Shown: positions 1-8,767 of the stretch, piece by piece
Layout of the letters: each line of letters starts with the position of its first letter
Numbering within the stretch: position 1 is the first letter of the stretch
NCBI GenBank assembly: GCA_026414325.1
Contig: JAOAJF010000001.1
Coordinates: 102,090-140,823 of the forward strand
Direction: 5' to 3'
Length of the DNA stretch: 38,734 nt
DNA from: Candidatus Micrarchaeota archaeon
GTDB taxonomy: Archaea; Micrarchaeota; Micrarchaeia; Anstonellales; Anstonellaceae
Made by a program: the position numbers and the translations under genes
Notes under the pieces: model-generated
Told to the model about the DNA's origin: nothing
Database searches by the model: none
What the model saw: the letters and a program-made list of their open reading frames with translations, nothing else

Positions 1-1153
1 CTAACATAGTTACTTCTCCTTGCCCTTCTGGGTTTGGAAGCCTTGTAAGAAGTGGAACCCAATTCCATTGATATTTTGGGAGCATCAACTCTCTTGTATC
101 CTCAATCGTTATTATTCTCTGATTAGGTGGAATAAATGATGCTAATGCATTTAAAGCAGAAGTTTTTCCAGAAGCAGTACCTCCAACCACCATCAAATTC
201 ATCTCATAATGAAAGGCCTGCCAGAGCATTGCAGCCATTTCAAAGTCCATGGTATGGGCTGGCTCCCCAATCAAGCTTATTATAGTCCAAGGAACTCGCG
301 CAAATCTTCTAATTGTTATGGTGTTTCCATGCGAAGAAATAGGATTTAATGTTGCACATACTCTATCTCCAGTTTCTAATCTTGCATCTAATATAGGAGT
401 TAGAGTAGCAATTTGTCTTCCCACTCTTCTAGCAATTTGTGAAGCATAATTAAAAATAGAGTTTTCATCAGGCATGTAAATATTTGTTTTTAGCCAACCA
501 AATTTTCTGTGATAAACTGCTATCGGGTCTTTTGAATTGTTTATTGCAATCTCTTCAAGCAGATCATCTCTATTTATTAGGTCAATCTCTCCTAAGCCAA
601 ACATTCTATGTAAAAGCAAACCTGCCATAATGTCGCTAACTTCTCCACCTAATTGATATTGCTCTAAATGCTGTCTTATTTTTTGATGAAATTTATTTCT
701 GATCGCAATCATTTTTTCTACATCTGCGACTTCGGAAGCTTCTGGGGGAACTTCTTTTATCAATATTTCTTTTACCTGGTCTAAAAATATTCTTGTACCT
801 ATTGAAAGTTCTATCAATGAAATAGAGTATAGTTTATATTGTACAAAATCTATTATCTCCACACTAACTGGAACCTGATCCGCTTTAAATGTGTATGTAG
901 AAATTATTTTTTTACCTTTATCCTCAATACTTGTTTGTTTTTCGCTTTTTATTTCCGGATAGCCCAAAAAAGTTATTTTTGGAGGTTCCAAAATATTTAT
1001 CGGATAAGTTATTTGTATTACTCCGCTCTGTTCTAATACAGTAGCTATCGCCATAGCTGCAGAAAAAGAAATATTTAATTTTGAAGCAATCTTAGTTAAA
1101 TTACTCTCAGTTTTTAGAAGTGATAGAAATTCGTCTATTTTTGTCTGAAGCAT
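1..1153 (-). CDS. Type II/IV secretion system or type IV pilus assembly ATPase (VirB11/TadA/FlaI family), 3'-truncated by the window edge
   Basis: Not in the ORF track. Manual translation from ATG 1153 (MLQTKIDEFL...) stays open to position 1 and includes EEIAIN, PILDARLETGDRV, TITIRRF, Walker A GGTASGKT and Asp box TIEDTREL. Confidence 0.92.
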   Translation of the reverse strand, partial: MLQTKIDEFLSLLKTESNLTKIASKLNISFSAAMAIATVLEQSGVIQITYPINILEPPKITFLGYPEIKSEKQTSIEDKGKKIISTYTFKADQVPVSVEIIDFVQYKLYSISLIELSIGTRIFLDQVKEILIKEVPPEASEVADVEKMIAIRNKFHQKIRQHLEQYQLGGEVSDIMAGLLLHRMFGLGEIDLINRDDLLEEIAINNSKDPIAVYHRKFGWLKTNIYMPDENSIFNYASQIARRVGRQIATLTPILDARLETGDRVCATLNPISSHGNTITIRRFARVPWTIISLIGEPAHTMDFEMAAMLWQAFHYEMNLMVVGGTASGKTSALNALASFIPPNQRIITIEDTRELMLPKYQWNWVPLLTRLPNPEGQGEVTML

Positions 1154-1202
1154 AAAAAAATCACGCTGAAAGGAATTTAAAACTTTTGTGTTTAATAAGT
1201 CT
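1154..1202. promoter_or_regulatory. Putative bidirectional BRE/TATA promoter between divergent, probably leaderless genes
   Basis: Central TTTAAA (1176-1181) lies about 25 nt from both ATG 1153(-) and ATG 1203(+). Purine-rich BRE-like flanks occur on both strands (GAAAGGAA on +, CAAAAG on -). Confidence 0.5.
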
Positions 1203-1730
1203 ATGGCAAAAATTGTAGCAAAACCAAATCTAAAGGTTTTTTTTCTATTCAATTATTTTTATTTAGTATTAATCAGCGCTTTTAGTTCTCTGTTAGTTTT
1301 ATTTTCTGCTCTTTTTCCCCTCTCTTTATCTTTAGGTGCATTTTTATTTTTCTTTTTAGTTTTTTTAGCAATTTTTCCTATTTTGGCTGCAGCAATTCAT
1401 TCCTACCTTTATTATAAAAACACCTCTTTAGTTGTGATGGATGAAAAATTAATTTATGAAACAGGAATACTTCAACACTCTGTTGTTACTGTTCCTCTAA
1501 AAAGTGTTACTGACTATTCACTAAAAAGAAGTTTTATTCAAAGATTTTTTAATGTAGCAACTTTATCAATCAATACTGCAGGTGGAGTTGGCTTTGAAAT
1601 CATAGCTGATAATTTTGATTATCAAACCTTAGCTGAAATAAAAACATTTTTAGATTCTATCAAGCATCATCCACCTACTCATACACATGCTCACAGCCAT
1701 CGTTCTTCAAGTTCCTCTCATCATAAATAA
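1203..1730 (+). CDS. PH-domain (bPH_2/YdbS-like) membrane protein with His-rich C-terminal tail
   Basis: Two TM segments followed by LIYETGIL...VPLKSVTD...SFIQRFFNVATLSINTAGG, typical of bPH_2. ATG 1203 is preferred over GTG 1188. Confidence 0.8.
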   Translation: MAKIVAKPNLKVFFLFNYFYLVLISAFSSLLVLFSALFPLSLSLGAFLFFFLVFLAIFPILAAAIHSYLYYKNTSLVVMDEKLIYETGILQHSVVTVPLKSVTDYSLKRSFIQRFFNVATLSINTAGGVGFEIIADNFDYQTLAEIKTFLDSIKHHPPTHTHAHSHRSSSSSHHK

Positions 1731-2636
1731 CTATTTTTTAAATAGTACTAATTTGTTAGCATATCTAAGATTATTACATTCTATTTCAAAATCTGCTGGA
1801 AGATAAGCATAAATCTCTTTATGTGCAGAGCTATTTAGCAGAGCAGTAAATTCAATCAAACAACTAACATTGATTTTTGTATAAGGTGGTGTATAGCTAC
1901 TATTAGTTTCAGACCAGAATTTAATCTCATTGCTTTCTGGCTCATAATCTAGTTTTATTTTATAAATCATATATCCATTTGAATCATAATACGTTGCAGA
2001 AAAATTATTTGCTAAATTTTGAGAGATATATACAAAATTATTATAATTTTCTACGCCATCAACAAAAGTTATGTTAGAAGCAAGAGTAGTTCCTGTAGTT
2101 TGCCAATTAATATATGAAACAGCTGCAGCTTGAGCAGGTCTAGAACAATTTATTTTTAGTTCAATTTTATTTATCTCTGCCGCCGGATTTAGTCCAATTT
2201 TTATTAAGTCGTAACTTTGATTAGAATTATTTTGAGTATAATTAATTCCAAAATTTGTTTGCAGCAGCTGGCCGCTCTGGTTTATAGCACTTAAATTAGA
2301 ATTAATTTTACATTCTCTTATTTTTGAATAATAATTTAAAAATTCTAAAAATTCCGTAAGATTTTTCTGATAAGAACCATAATCCAAAAGAGGAAAACCT
2401 TTGCTTTCTATTCTAAAAAGAATAGTTGTATTGTTTCTATAGCTATATGTATCTAATTCAAGTCTATTTTTTAGAATTCTGCTAATTTCATCCAAATTTT
2501 GTAAAATTTCTTTTTGTTCATTTAAGTAAATATCTTGCTGGTTTATTTGTTCTTTAGCACTAAAAGAAAGTAAATAAATCTGAAATATTATTAAAACCAA
2601 AAAGTAAATAGCTACAGTATATACTATGCCCTTCAT
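1731..2636 (-). CDS. Pilin-like secreted protein, probable class III signal peptide
   Basis: MKG|IVYTVAI followed by a hydrophobic helix; Asn-rich extracellular domain with many NxS/T sequons; last gene of a four-gene overlapping cluster. Confidence 0.55.
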   Translation of the reverse strand: MKGIVYTVAIYFLVLIIFQIYLLSFSAKEQINQQDIYLNEQKEILQNLDEISRILKNRLELDTYSYRNNTTILFRIESKGFPLLDYGSYQKNLTEFLEFLNYYSKIRECKINSNLSAINQSGQLLQTNFGINYTQNNSNQSYDLIKIGLNPAAEINKIELKINCSRPAQAAAVSYINWQTTGTTLASNITFVDGVENYNNFVYISQNLANNFSATYYDSNGYMIYKIKLDYEPESNEIKFWSETNSSYTPPYTKINVSCLIEFTALLNSSAHKEIYAYLPADFEIECNNLRYANKLVLFKK

Positions 2637-2637
2637 C

Positions 2638-3057
2638 TTAACCCCTATAAGCCCTAACTCTTATTATATAATAGTTGTTTTTCTTTCCTCCATCAAAAAA
2701 TATTTTTTGAACAAAGTTGTTGTCTTCTTTATTTATAGTGCAATTATTGGCATAATTATATAACATTGAGCTTTGATTTAGAGTTTTATTATATATCTCA
2801 AAATTTATACAAAGGCCCTTTCTTTTTTCAATTTCTAAATTTAGATAAGTATAATTATTTGTTTCTATTGCTTGTTCTATCTTCTTACTTTTTATCAGGC
2901 TATAAAAAAAAGGATCAGTTTCCTTTTCTATATTTGTTCTTAAAAATTCTTCTTCCAATCCCTCTTTTTCTAATGTCTGAAGGCTTACAACTACTAAAAA
3001 TAAAATTATACTTGCAAAAAGAATTTCAAGACTGAAAATCTGTCCTATTTTTGCCAT
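2638..3057 (-). CDS. Type IV pilin-like protein (class III signal peptide)
   Basis: MAKIG|QIFSLE followed by a hydrophobic helix. Confidence 0.7.
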   Translation of the reverse strand: MAKIGQIFSLEILFASIILFLVVVSLQTLEKEGLEEEFLRTNIEKETDPFFYSLIKSKKIEQAIETNNYTYLNLEIEKRKGLCINFEIYNKTLNQSSMLYNYANNCTINKEDNNFVQKIFFDGGKKNNYYIIRVRAYRG

Positions 3058-3578
3058 ACTCTAACCTTTAATATTATCGGTTGGTTTAGATAGAGCGCAT
3101 AACTTTTTTTATTTGTTAAAATTTTTTGTGAAGAATAATTTCCTATATAAGCTATTTGAGTTCCATTTAAATAACTAATAGTTAAGTCTGCTTCATACTC
3201 TCCAAGCAAGAGCTTCTTTTTTGTGTAGTTGTTTAAATAAATTTGGTTAAAACGAGCTAGCTTGTATGGATCAATTTCTAAATAGCTTTCTGCAGTTCCA
3301 AAGGCTTTTAATGAATTATTAGATGGTTCTAATTCTATGGCCCAATTAGTTGGATAGCCATAATCTTCTGCTATTGTTTTTATTAATCTATCTGCAACAG
3401 CAATAGCTTTTATTTTCTTTAGTTTTTCTTTTTCTTGAAAAATATTTTTTTCTATATTAATATATAAAAATAAAATTAAAAGTAAAAAAATAGATAAAGA
3501 AACTATCAAATCCACTAGCTGCATCTGACCCTTTTTATTTTCTTGTTTAATTAGGCTGTATACTAATGTTTTGGCCAT
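3045..3578 (-). CDS. Type IV pilin-like protein (class III signal peptide)
   Basis: KKG|QMQLVD followed by a hydrophobic helix, and a GYPTNW motif. Confidence 0.7.
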   Translation of the reverse strand: MAKTLVYSLIKQENKKGQMQLVDLIVSLSIFLLLILFLYINIEKNIFQEKEKLKKIKAIAVADRLIKTIAEDYGYPTNWAIELEPSNNSLKAFGTAESYLEIDPYKLARFNQIYLNNYTKKKLLLGEYEADLTISYLNGTQIAYIGNYSSQKILTNKKSYALYLNQPIILKVRVWQK

Positions 3579-3933
3579 AATAACTCACATTAATAATTTT
3601 TAGCTCTCCTTCTATAGAAGTTAGATTAGCTGCTGGAATATAATAAACCTCTAAGCTCTGTTGCTCATCTAAAAAAAATATCTCCTGACCAATTATTTTA
3701 AAATACCTTATTTTGTCTGGCCTAGTAGTAAAAATAGCAGAGCTATTTTGCCCAAGATTAGTTAATACTCTAAAAGTATCTAAAAATTTTTGTGCAACTA
3801 TAACACTTTGATACTCTCTTTTAATATTATCTATCTCCTCTGTTTTTATATTCCACAAATATGTGATTGAAATTAAAATTAACAAAAATATAATTAAAGC
3901 AAAAATATACTCAATACTTGCTTGAGCTTTCAT
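3547..3933 (-). CDS. Type IV pilin-like protein (class III signal peptide)
   Basis: MKA|QASIEY with E at +5 and a hydrophobic helix, the canonical archaeal prepilin pattern. Confidence 0.78.
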   Translation of the reverse strand: MKAQASIEYIFALIIFLLILISITYLWNIKTEEIDNIKREYQSVIVAQKFLDTFRVLTNLGQNSSAIFTTRPDKIRYFKIIGQEIFFLDEQQSLEVYYIPAANLTSIEGELKIINVSYYGQNISIQPN

Positions 3934-3950
3934 AACTAAAACATCTGCTT

Positions 3951-4796
3951 TTAGTTTTTAATTTTTATGTCTAAGACTATTTGGCTCAAATTTTTTGAAA
4001 ATGGCCTTACAATTTTACATTCTTCTATCTCTATTTTAGTTTTTTTATTAATTTTTCTAATTTTTTCTTTTATTCTTTCTATTATTTGTTCTAAGCTTTC
4101 ATCTGATTTTTTAAAAGTATAAAGATGCAAAGTTGCACTTTTCTTTGCACACTTTAGTGCATAGCTTAAAAATTCTTCTGCCTCTGTAGGATGAGGCATA
4201 ATTATTCTATCTGCACATTGTGTGTATCTTCTTTTTTGCAATTCCTTTCTAACATCATTTTTTAACAATTCTATCTTAGAACATTTATTTAATTGAATAT
4301 TTTTTAAGGCAAATTTATAAGCAGTTTTATTTAATTCTATAGCAATAATTTTCTTTGGATTAGCTTTTTTTTCAATAATTATTGGATAGGGACCAATTCC
4401 AGAAAACATAACCAGAACTGTTTCCCCTTCTTTTACTTTTTTTGCAATTCTAAGTCTTTCTTCAGAAAAACGAGGATTGTAATAAACCTTGTTTAGATCT
4501 AGCAAAAATCTACAGCCAGATTCTTTATGTGTTGTTATAGTAGTTTTTTCTCCAAGAATGATTTTTATTTTTTTTATTCTAAATTTTTTACTTCGTCCTT
4601 CTTTTCTTAGCGCAACTGTTTTTACATTTTTATTTTTAGCTATCAAAAATTTTGCAATCTCTATTTTTTTATTTTCTAATTCTTTAGGAATATCTAAAAT
4701 AGCAATAGAGCCGATTATATCATATGAGGATAGATTTACTTTAGATTTTAACTTTTTTCTTATAAATTCAGCTAAACTCTTTATTTCCATTTTCAT
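3951..4796 (-). CDS. trm5: Trm5/TYW2-family tRNA methyltransferase (Trm5a/Taw22-like)
   Basis: YDIIGSIAI, HKESGCRF, VYYNPR..ER, SAM motif MFSGIGPY and DRIIMPHP. Its ATG overlaps the leuS stop codon (ATGA). Confidence 0.85.
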   Translation of the reverse strand: MKMEIKSLAEFIRKKLKSKVNLSSYDIIGSIAILDIPKELENKKIEIAKFLIAKNKNVKTVALRKEGRSKKFRIKKIKIILGEKTTITTHKESGCRFLLDLNKVYYNPRFSEERLRIAKKVKEGETVLVMFSGIGPYPIIIEKKANPKKIIAIELNKTAYKFALKNIQLNKCSKIELLKNDVRKELQKRRYTQCADRIIMPHPTEAEEFLSYALKCAKKSATLHLYTFKKSDESLEQIIERIKEKIRKINKKTKIEIEECKIVRPFSKNLSQIVLDIKIKN

Positions 4797-7597
4797 CCTA
4801 CAAAAATTATTGCTGGTTTTGCTGGTAGAGAATTAATTGCCTTTTTTGCAAATTCAACTCCAACTTCCTCCTCTTTTATTATTTCTATCATTTCTGCTAA
4901 ACAAGCAGTTTTTAGCTGTTCTTTTAACTCTTTTAAGTATTCTATTTCTTTGTTTTGGTTCAAATCAAAATTTATATATTGAGAAATATTTTTCATAATT
5001 TTATTTGTTACTACAAACAAATTAGATTTGTATTTTTCAAATTCCTTTTCTTTTAGAATTTTCTCAAACACTTTTTTTTGTTCTTGTATATTCTCTTGCA
5101 CAATTTTTATTATTTTATACTTATAGTTCCCAGCCACAATCACAATCACTTTTTTTGGGTTTTCAATTTTTGAAAGTTTTTTAATTTGCTGGATATCTTC
5201 AATCAAGTTTTGAAAATATTCCTCTTTTTTTTCTAGTTCTGCATTTATCTGTTTTTTATCAGCTTTAGGATAAGTTGAAGTTGTTGCAAATTCTGAATTT
5301 TCAATATAGTATTTTTCACCTAACTTTTCAAAAAATTCTTCAGCAGTGTGTGGCATTATTGGGCATATCAACAAACTCCAGTATTCTAAAAATTCTCTTA
5401 AATAAGGTGAGGGGCAAGTCTTAAGATATTTTTCAATATCATTATACATTTCATAAAATATCTTTTGAGCTATTTGTTTTAATTCAAGATTTTGATAATG
5501 TAAGTAGCATTCTTCAATTTTTCTGTGTAATTTAGAATAAAATAATTTTGTTGCCAAATCCTCTTTTTTATCTTTTGGTTTTTGTCCCCTATATTTCTCT
5601 AATATTTCATAAAAGAAAATTAAACGAGTTTTTGCCCCCTCTACTATTGATTCTGAAAAGTCAGAAGAAGCATCTATCTCAGCAGTAGAACTTACAGCAA
5701 GCCTTACTAAATCTGCCCCATACTTATCTAAAGCTTTTATTAGAGGCAAAATATTTCCGAAGGATTTTGACATTTTTTTTCCTTCCATTGTTACTAATGC
5801 ATTTGCAACTATTTGCTTTGGCCAATACTTTTTTGGCCAAATTGCTACATGATTAAATATAAAAAATGTTAAATGGTTATGAACCAGATCGATAGCACTG
5901 TGTCTGCTATCCAAAGGATACCAATATTCAAATTCTTCTCTGCATTCATCCCACCATTTCTTTTTATTTTTTGAGTTTATGCCAAGAAAAACATAATCAA
6001 AAAATTCTTCATCTAACTCTTTTGGATCTTTATTTTTTACAATATGACTAATAGTATAATAAGCCATGTAGATAGTGGAATCAGATAAAGCCTCAATCAC
6101 TTGGCTTTTATCAAACGGATATTTTGTTCCAAAACCTTTTGATCTGGTACAAGCTTTTTTTTCTAGCCAATCTATAGTATACTCAAATTCTGGCCTTAAT
6201 TTTTGAGGTATTATTTTCATATTTTCTAAAGCAAGTTTTGTTTTTTCTTTCCAATCTTTTTTTGAATAGTTTATAAACCATTGGTCTTTTACAATTTTTA
6301 CTGTACAAATATTTCCAGCCCGAGAATAAATAGGACCATTTGCAAGAATATATATTAAAATCCCATTCTTATCTTTTAGAAGTTGTTCTTTTATTTTTTC
6401 CTTTGCCACAGAGCTTTTCATTCCTTCAAAGTCTTTTGCAAGCATTATTCCTTGATGAGCTTCTTTTTGATAAATCTCTTTAGTTAATTCTTCTAATCGC
6501 GGATCGTCCTCTTGCTCTATTTTGTTTTTTTCAACCAAATCTACTGCTGGGCATGAGCCATACTCTTCTGTTTTAAGTGCAGAGACTATTTTTACTTGTT
6601 TAAATTCTTCTTCTTTTAAATTTTTTAGTGCAACATAGTCATAAGGAGCATGTGCAGGAACTGACATCACTACGCCGCTTCCAACCTCTTCTTTCACAAA
6701 TTTAGCTCTAAAGATTGGTATTTTTTCTTTAGTTAAAGGATTTAGCACTTTTTTTCCAATATATTTTAGAGCATCGACTTTTTGAAGGATTTTTAGCTCA
6801 AGCTGCTCGGCTAATAATTCAGCTGCTTTCTTTGCCATTATCATTTTTTTGTTTTCATATTCTACTAACACATATTCTATTTGTGGATTTATCCAGATGT
6901 TGGTAGTTGCTGGTAAAGTATCTGGTCTATATGTAGCTGTTGGAAAATAAACTCCACTTTCTTCTTCGTAAAAAAATACCAAAATTACTTGTTCTATCTC
7001 TGGGTCAACATCCCCCTTTGTATCATGTGCTCCTATTGCTTGATTTTCAGCTATACACCAAGGCACAGGATGGCTTGCTTTTTCAAGCAAACCTTGTTTA
7101 TTTAATTTTATAAATTGCCATTCGATGAATTTTGTATAATGTCCATCAAAAGTATAAAATTTTCTAGTCCAGTCTATACTATAGCCAATTCTTTTCATAC
7201 CTTTTTCTATCTCGTCAGAAAAGTACAAAACAAGTTTTTTTGGATCAGTTAATTGTTTAATTTTGCTTTTTTCAATTCCATAAATTTTTTCAAAAATTTC
7301 AATCATTTCTGGGTCATTGTCTTCTATTCTTTTTGCCATAGCAAATATTGGAGTTCCTGTTACATGAAAAGCCATAGGAAAAAGAACATTTTTTCCAATC
7401 ATTTTGTTAAATCTAGCTACTATATCTGCTATGGTATAAGTTCTGGCATGCCCAATGTGTTGTGGGGAATTTGGATAAGGATAAGCAGCAGTTAAATAAA
7501 ATTTTTCTTTTTTTTCTGGTTTTGGTTCAAAAATTTTTGCTTCTTGCCATCTCTTTTGCCATTTTTTATCTATCTGAACTAAATTAAACTCGTTCAT
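4793..7597 (-). CDS. leuS: Leucine--tRNA ligase, archaeal type
   Basis: AYPYPN..HIGH, editing motif GSGVVMSVPAHAPYDY, EALSDSTIY and KMSKS; 934 aa. Confidence 0.97.
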   Translation of the reverse strand: MNEFNLVQIDKKWQKRWQEAKIFEPKPEKKEKFYLTAAYPYPNSPQHIGHARTYTIADIVARFNKMIGKNVLFPMAFHVTGTPIFAMAKRIEDNDPEMIEIFEKIYGIEKSKIKQLTDPKKLVLYFSDEIEKGMKRIGYSIDWTRKFYTFDGHYTKFIEWQFIKLNKQGLLEKASHPVPWCIAENQAIGAHDTKGDVDPEIEQVILVFFYEEESGVYFPTATYRPDTLPATTNIWINPQIEYVLVEYENKKMIMAKKAAELLAEQLELKILQKVDALKYIGKKVLNPLTKEKIPIFRAKFVKEEVGSGVVMSVPAHAPYDYVALKNLKEEEFKQVKIVSALKTEEYGSCPAVDLVEKNKIEQEDDPRLEELTKEIYQKEAHQGIMLAKDFEGMKSSVAKEKIKEQLLKDKNGILIYILANGPIYSRAGNICTVKIVKDQWFINYSKKDWKEKTKLALENMKIIPQKLRPEFEYTIDWLEKKACTRSKGFGTKYPFDKSQVIEALSDSTIYMAYYTISHIVKNKDPKELDEEFFDYVFLGINSKNKKKWWDECREEFEYWYPLDSRHSAIDLVHNHLTFFIFNHVAIWPKKYWPKQIVANALVTMEGKKMSKSFGNILPLIKALDKYGADLVRLAVSSTAEIDASSDFSESIVEGAKTRLIFFYEILEKYRGQKPKDKKEDLATKLFYSKLHRKIEECYLHYQNLELKQIAQKIFYEMYNDIEKYLKTCPSPYLREFLEYWSLLICPIMPHTAEEFFEKLGEKYYIENSEFATTSTYPKADKKQINAELEKKEEYFQNLIEDIQQIKKLSKIENPKKVIVIVAGNYKYKIIKIVQENIQEQKKVFEKILKEKEFEKYKSNLFVVTNKIMKNISQYINFDLNQNKEIEYLKELKEQLKTACLAEMIEIIKEEEVGVEFAKKAINSLPAKPAIIFVG

Positions 7598-7629
7598 ATT
7601 TGTCTTTATGTAAAATTTATAATAAAAAA

Positions 7630-8448
7630 CTATTTGTTTTTTTGTTTTTGAATTTTTGCTGCAGCGAGTGCTAAACTTTTTGCTAATTCTTCTGCAGTAT
7701 AATAAAATCGATATTTTTTAAATAGTAAATCTGCTGCATAGCCATTTAAAAAAGCAGCTGCAGATGCACTCAAAAAAGGCTCGTTTTTTGTTAAAAGTGC
7801 AGCACATAATCCAGCTAAGCAATCTCCAGTTCCACCCTTTGTCATTCCAGCATTGCCTGTTTTATTTATTTTACAAAAATCTTTTGAGCAGATTATATCT
7901 TGCTGCCCTTTAAGTATTAAAACAATATTATATTTTTCTGCAACTTTAGTAGCATTTTTCAAATTTGCTTTTAGCATAAAACAATTCTCAAATTCTTTTT
8001 TGTGTGGTGTTAACACCACATTTGGTCCAAAAAATCTTTTGTTAGCTAGCTTTATTGCTAAGGCATCTAGCACAATTGGCTTTTTTGTTTTTAAAAGCAA
8101 GTTTGTTATTTTTTTTGTTTTATTTTTTTCTTCCAGTCCAGGGCCAACCAAAAAAGCATCTGCTTTTTCAATTATTTTTGGAAGTTGTTTTTTATCAATC
8201 ATTATAATATTTGGCTCTAGCTTTAATTGCCTTATATACTTTTTATTTTCTGGACTATAAACATATACCAAATCGCAAAATCTTACAGCAGCTTTAATGG
8301 AAAAATAAAGAGCTCCAAAATAAGTTTTTGAGCCAGCTACTATTAATAAAATTCCATTCTGACCTTTATGTGAATTAGGTTTTGGAGTTTTTATTTTTAG
8401 CCAATCCTTTTTTGAAGTTTGTTTGCAGCTTTTAGAAAAATTGCTCAT
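7630..8448 (-). CDS. nnrD: ADP/ATP-dependent NAD(P)H-hydrate dehydratase (YjeF C-terminal domain only)
   Basis: SHKGQNG, VGPGL, VLDA, LTPHKKEF, LKG and GMTKGGTGD motifs. Confidence 0.92.
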   Translation of the reverse strand: MSNFSKSCKQTSKKDWLKIKTPKPNSHKGQNGILLIVAGSKTYFGALYFSIKAAVRFCDLVYVYSPENKKYIRQLKLEPNIIMIDKKQLPKIIEKADAFLVGPGLEEKNKTKKITNLLLKTKKPIVLDALAIKLANKRFFGPNVVLTPHKKEFENCFMLKANLKNATKVAEKYNIVLILKGQQDIICSKDFCKINKTGNAGMTKGGTGDCLAGLCAALLTKNEPFLSASAAAFLNGYAADLLFKKYRFYYTAEELAKSLALAAAKIQKQKNK

Positions 8449-8576
8449 AAATTAAAAAAAACTTCTAGGTATAAAAAAGTAGAGGCCAAAACAATTTTAG
8501 ATTGTAGTTTAACTTCTAACACTATTCAAAATAAAAGCTATAACATTTTTTAATTTCTTTTTTTATAAATAAGATT

Positions 8577-8706
8577 GCAGGGATGGCAGAGCGGTCAAAT
8601 GCGGTAGACTCAAGTTGAAAAATTCCTCGCTTTGGTCCTATGCTAAAAGCTGCATGGGATATCTACTGGCCTAGCGCCTTCGAGGGTTCGAATCCCTCTC
8701 CCTGCA
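8577..8706 (+). tRNA. tRNA-Leu(CAA) with a 46-nt intron at canonical position 37/38 (8615-8660)
   Basis: Acceptor GCAGGGA/TCCCTGC, anticodon stem GTAGA/TCTAC, CAA at 8611-8613, long variable arm, T-arm GAGGG TTCGAAT CCCTC and discriminator A. BHB formed by CTCA/TGGG with 3-nt bulges AG|T and AT|A. CCA is not encoded. Confidence 0.95.
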
Positions 8707-8767
8707 AATAAAAAGATAAAAAGAAGTTAATTACAATACTTATTATACCTAAGCTCAAAAAAATCTT

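Noticed and set aside
249-1036. Short + strand ORFs 249-449 and 839-1036
   Set aside because: They are antisense shadows of the secretion ATPase on the - strand.
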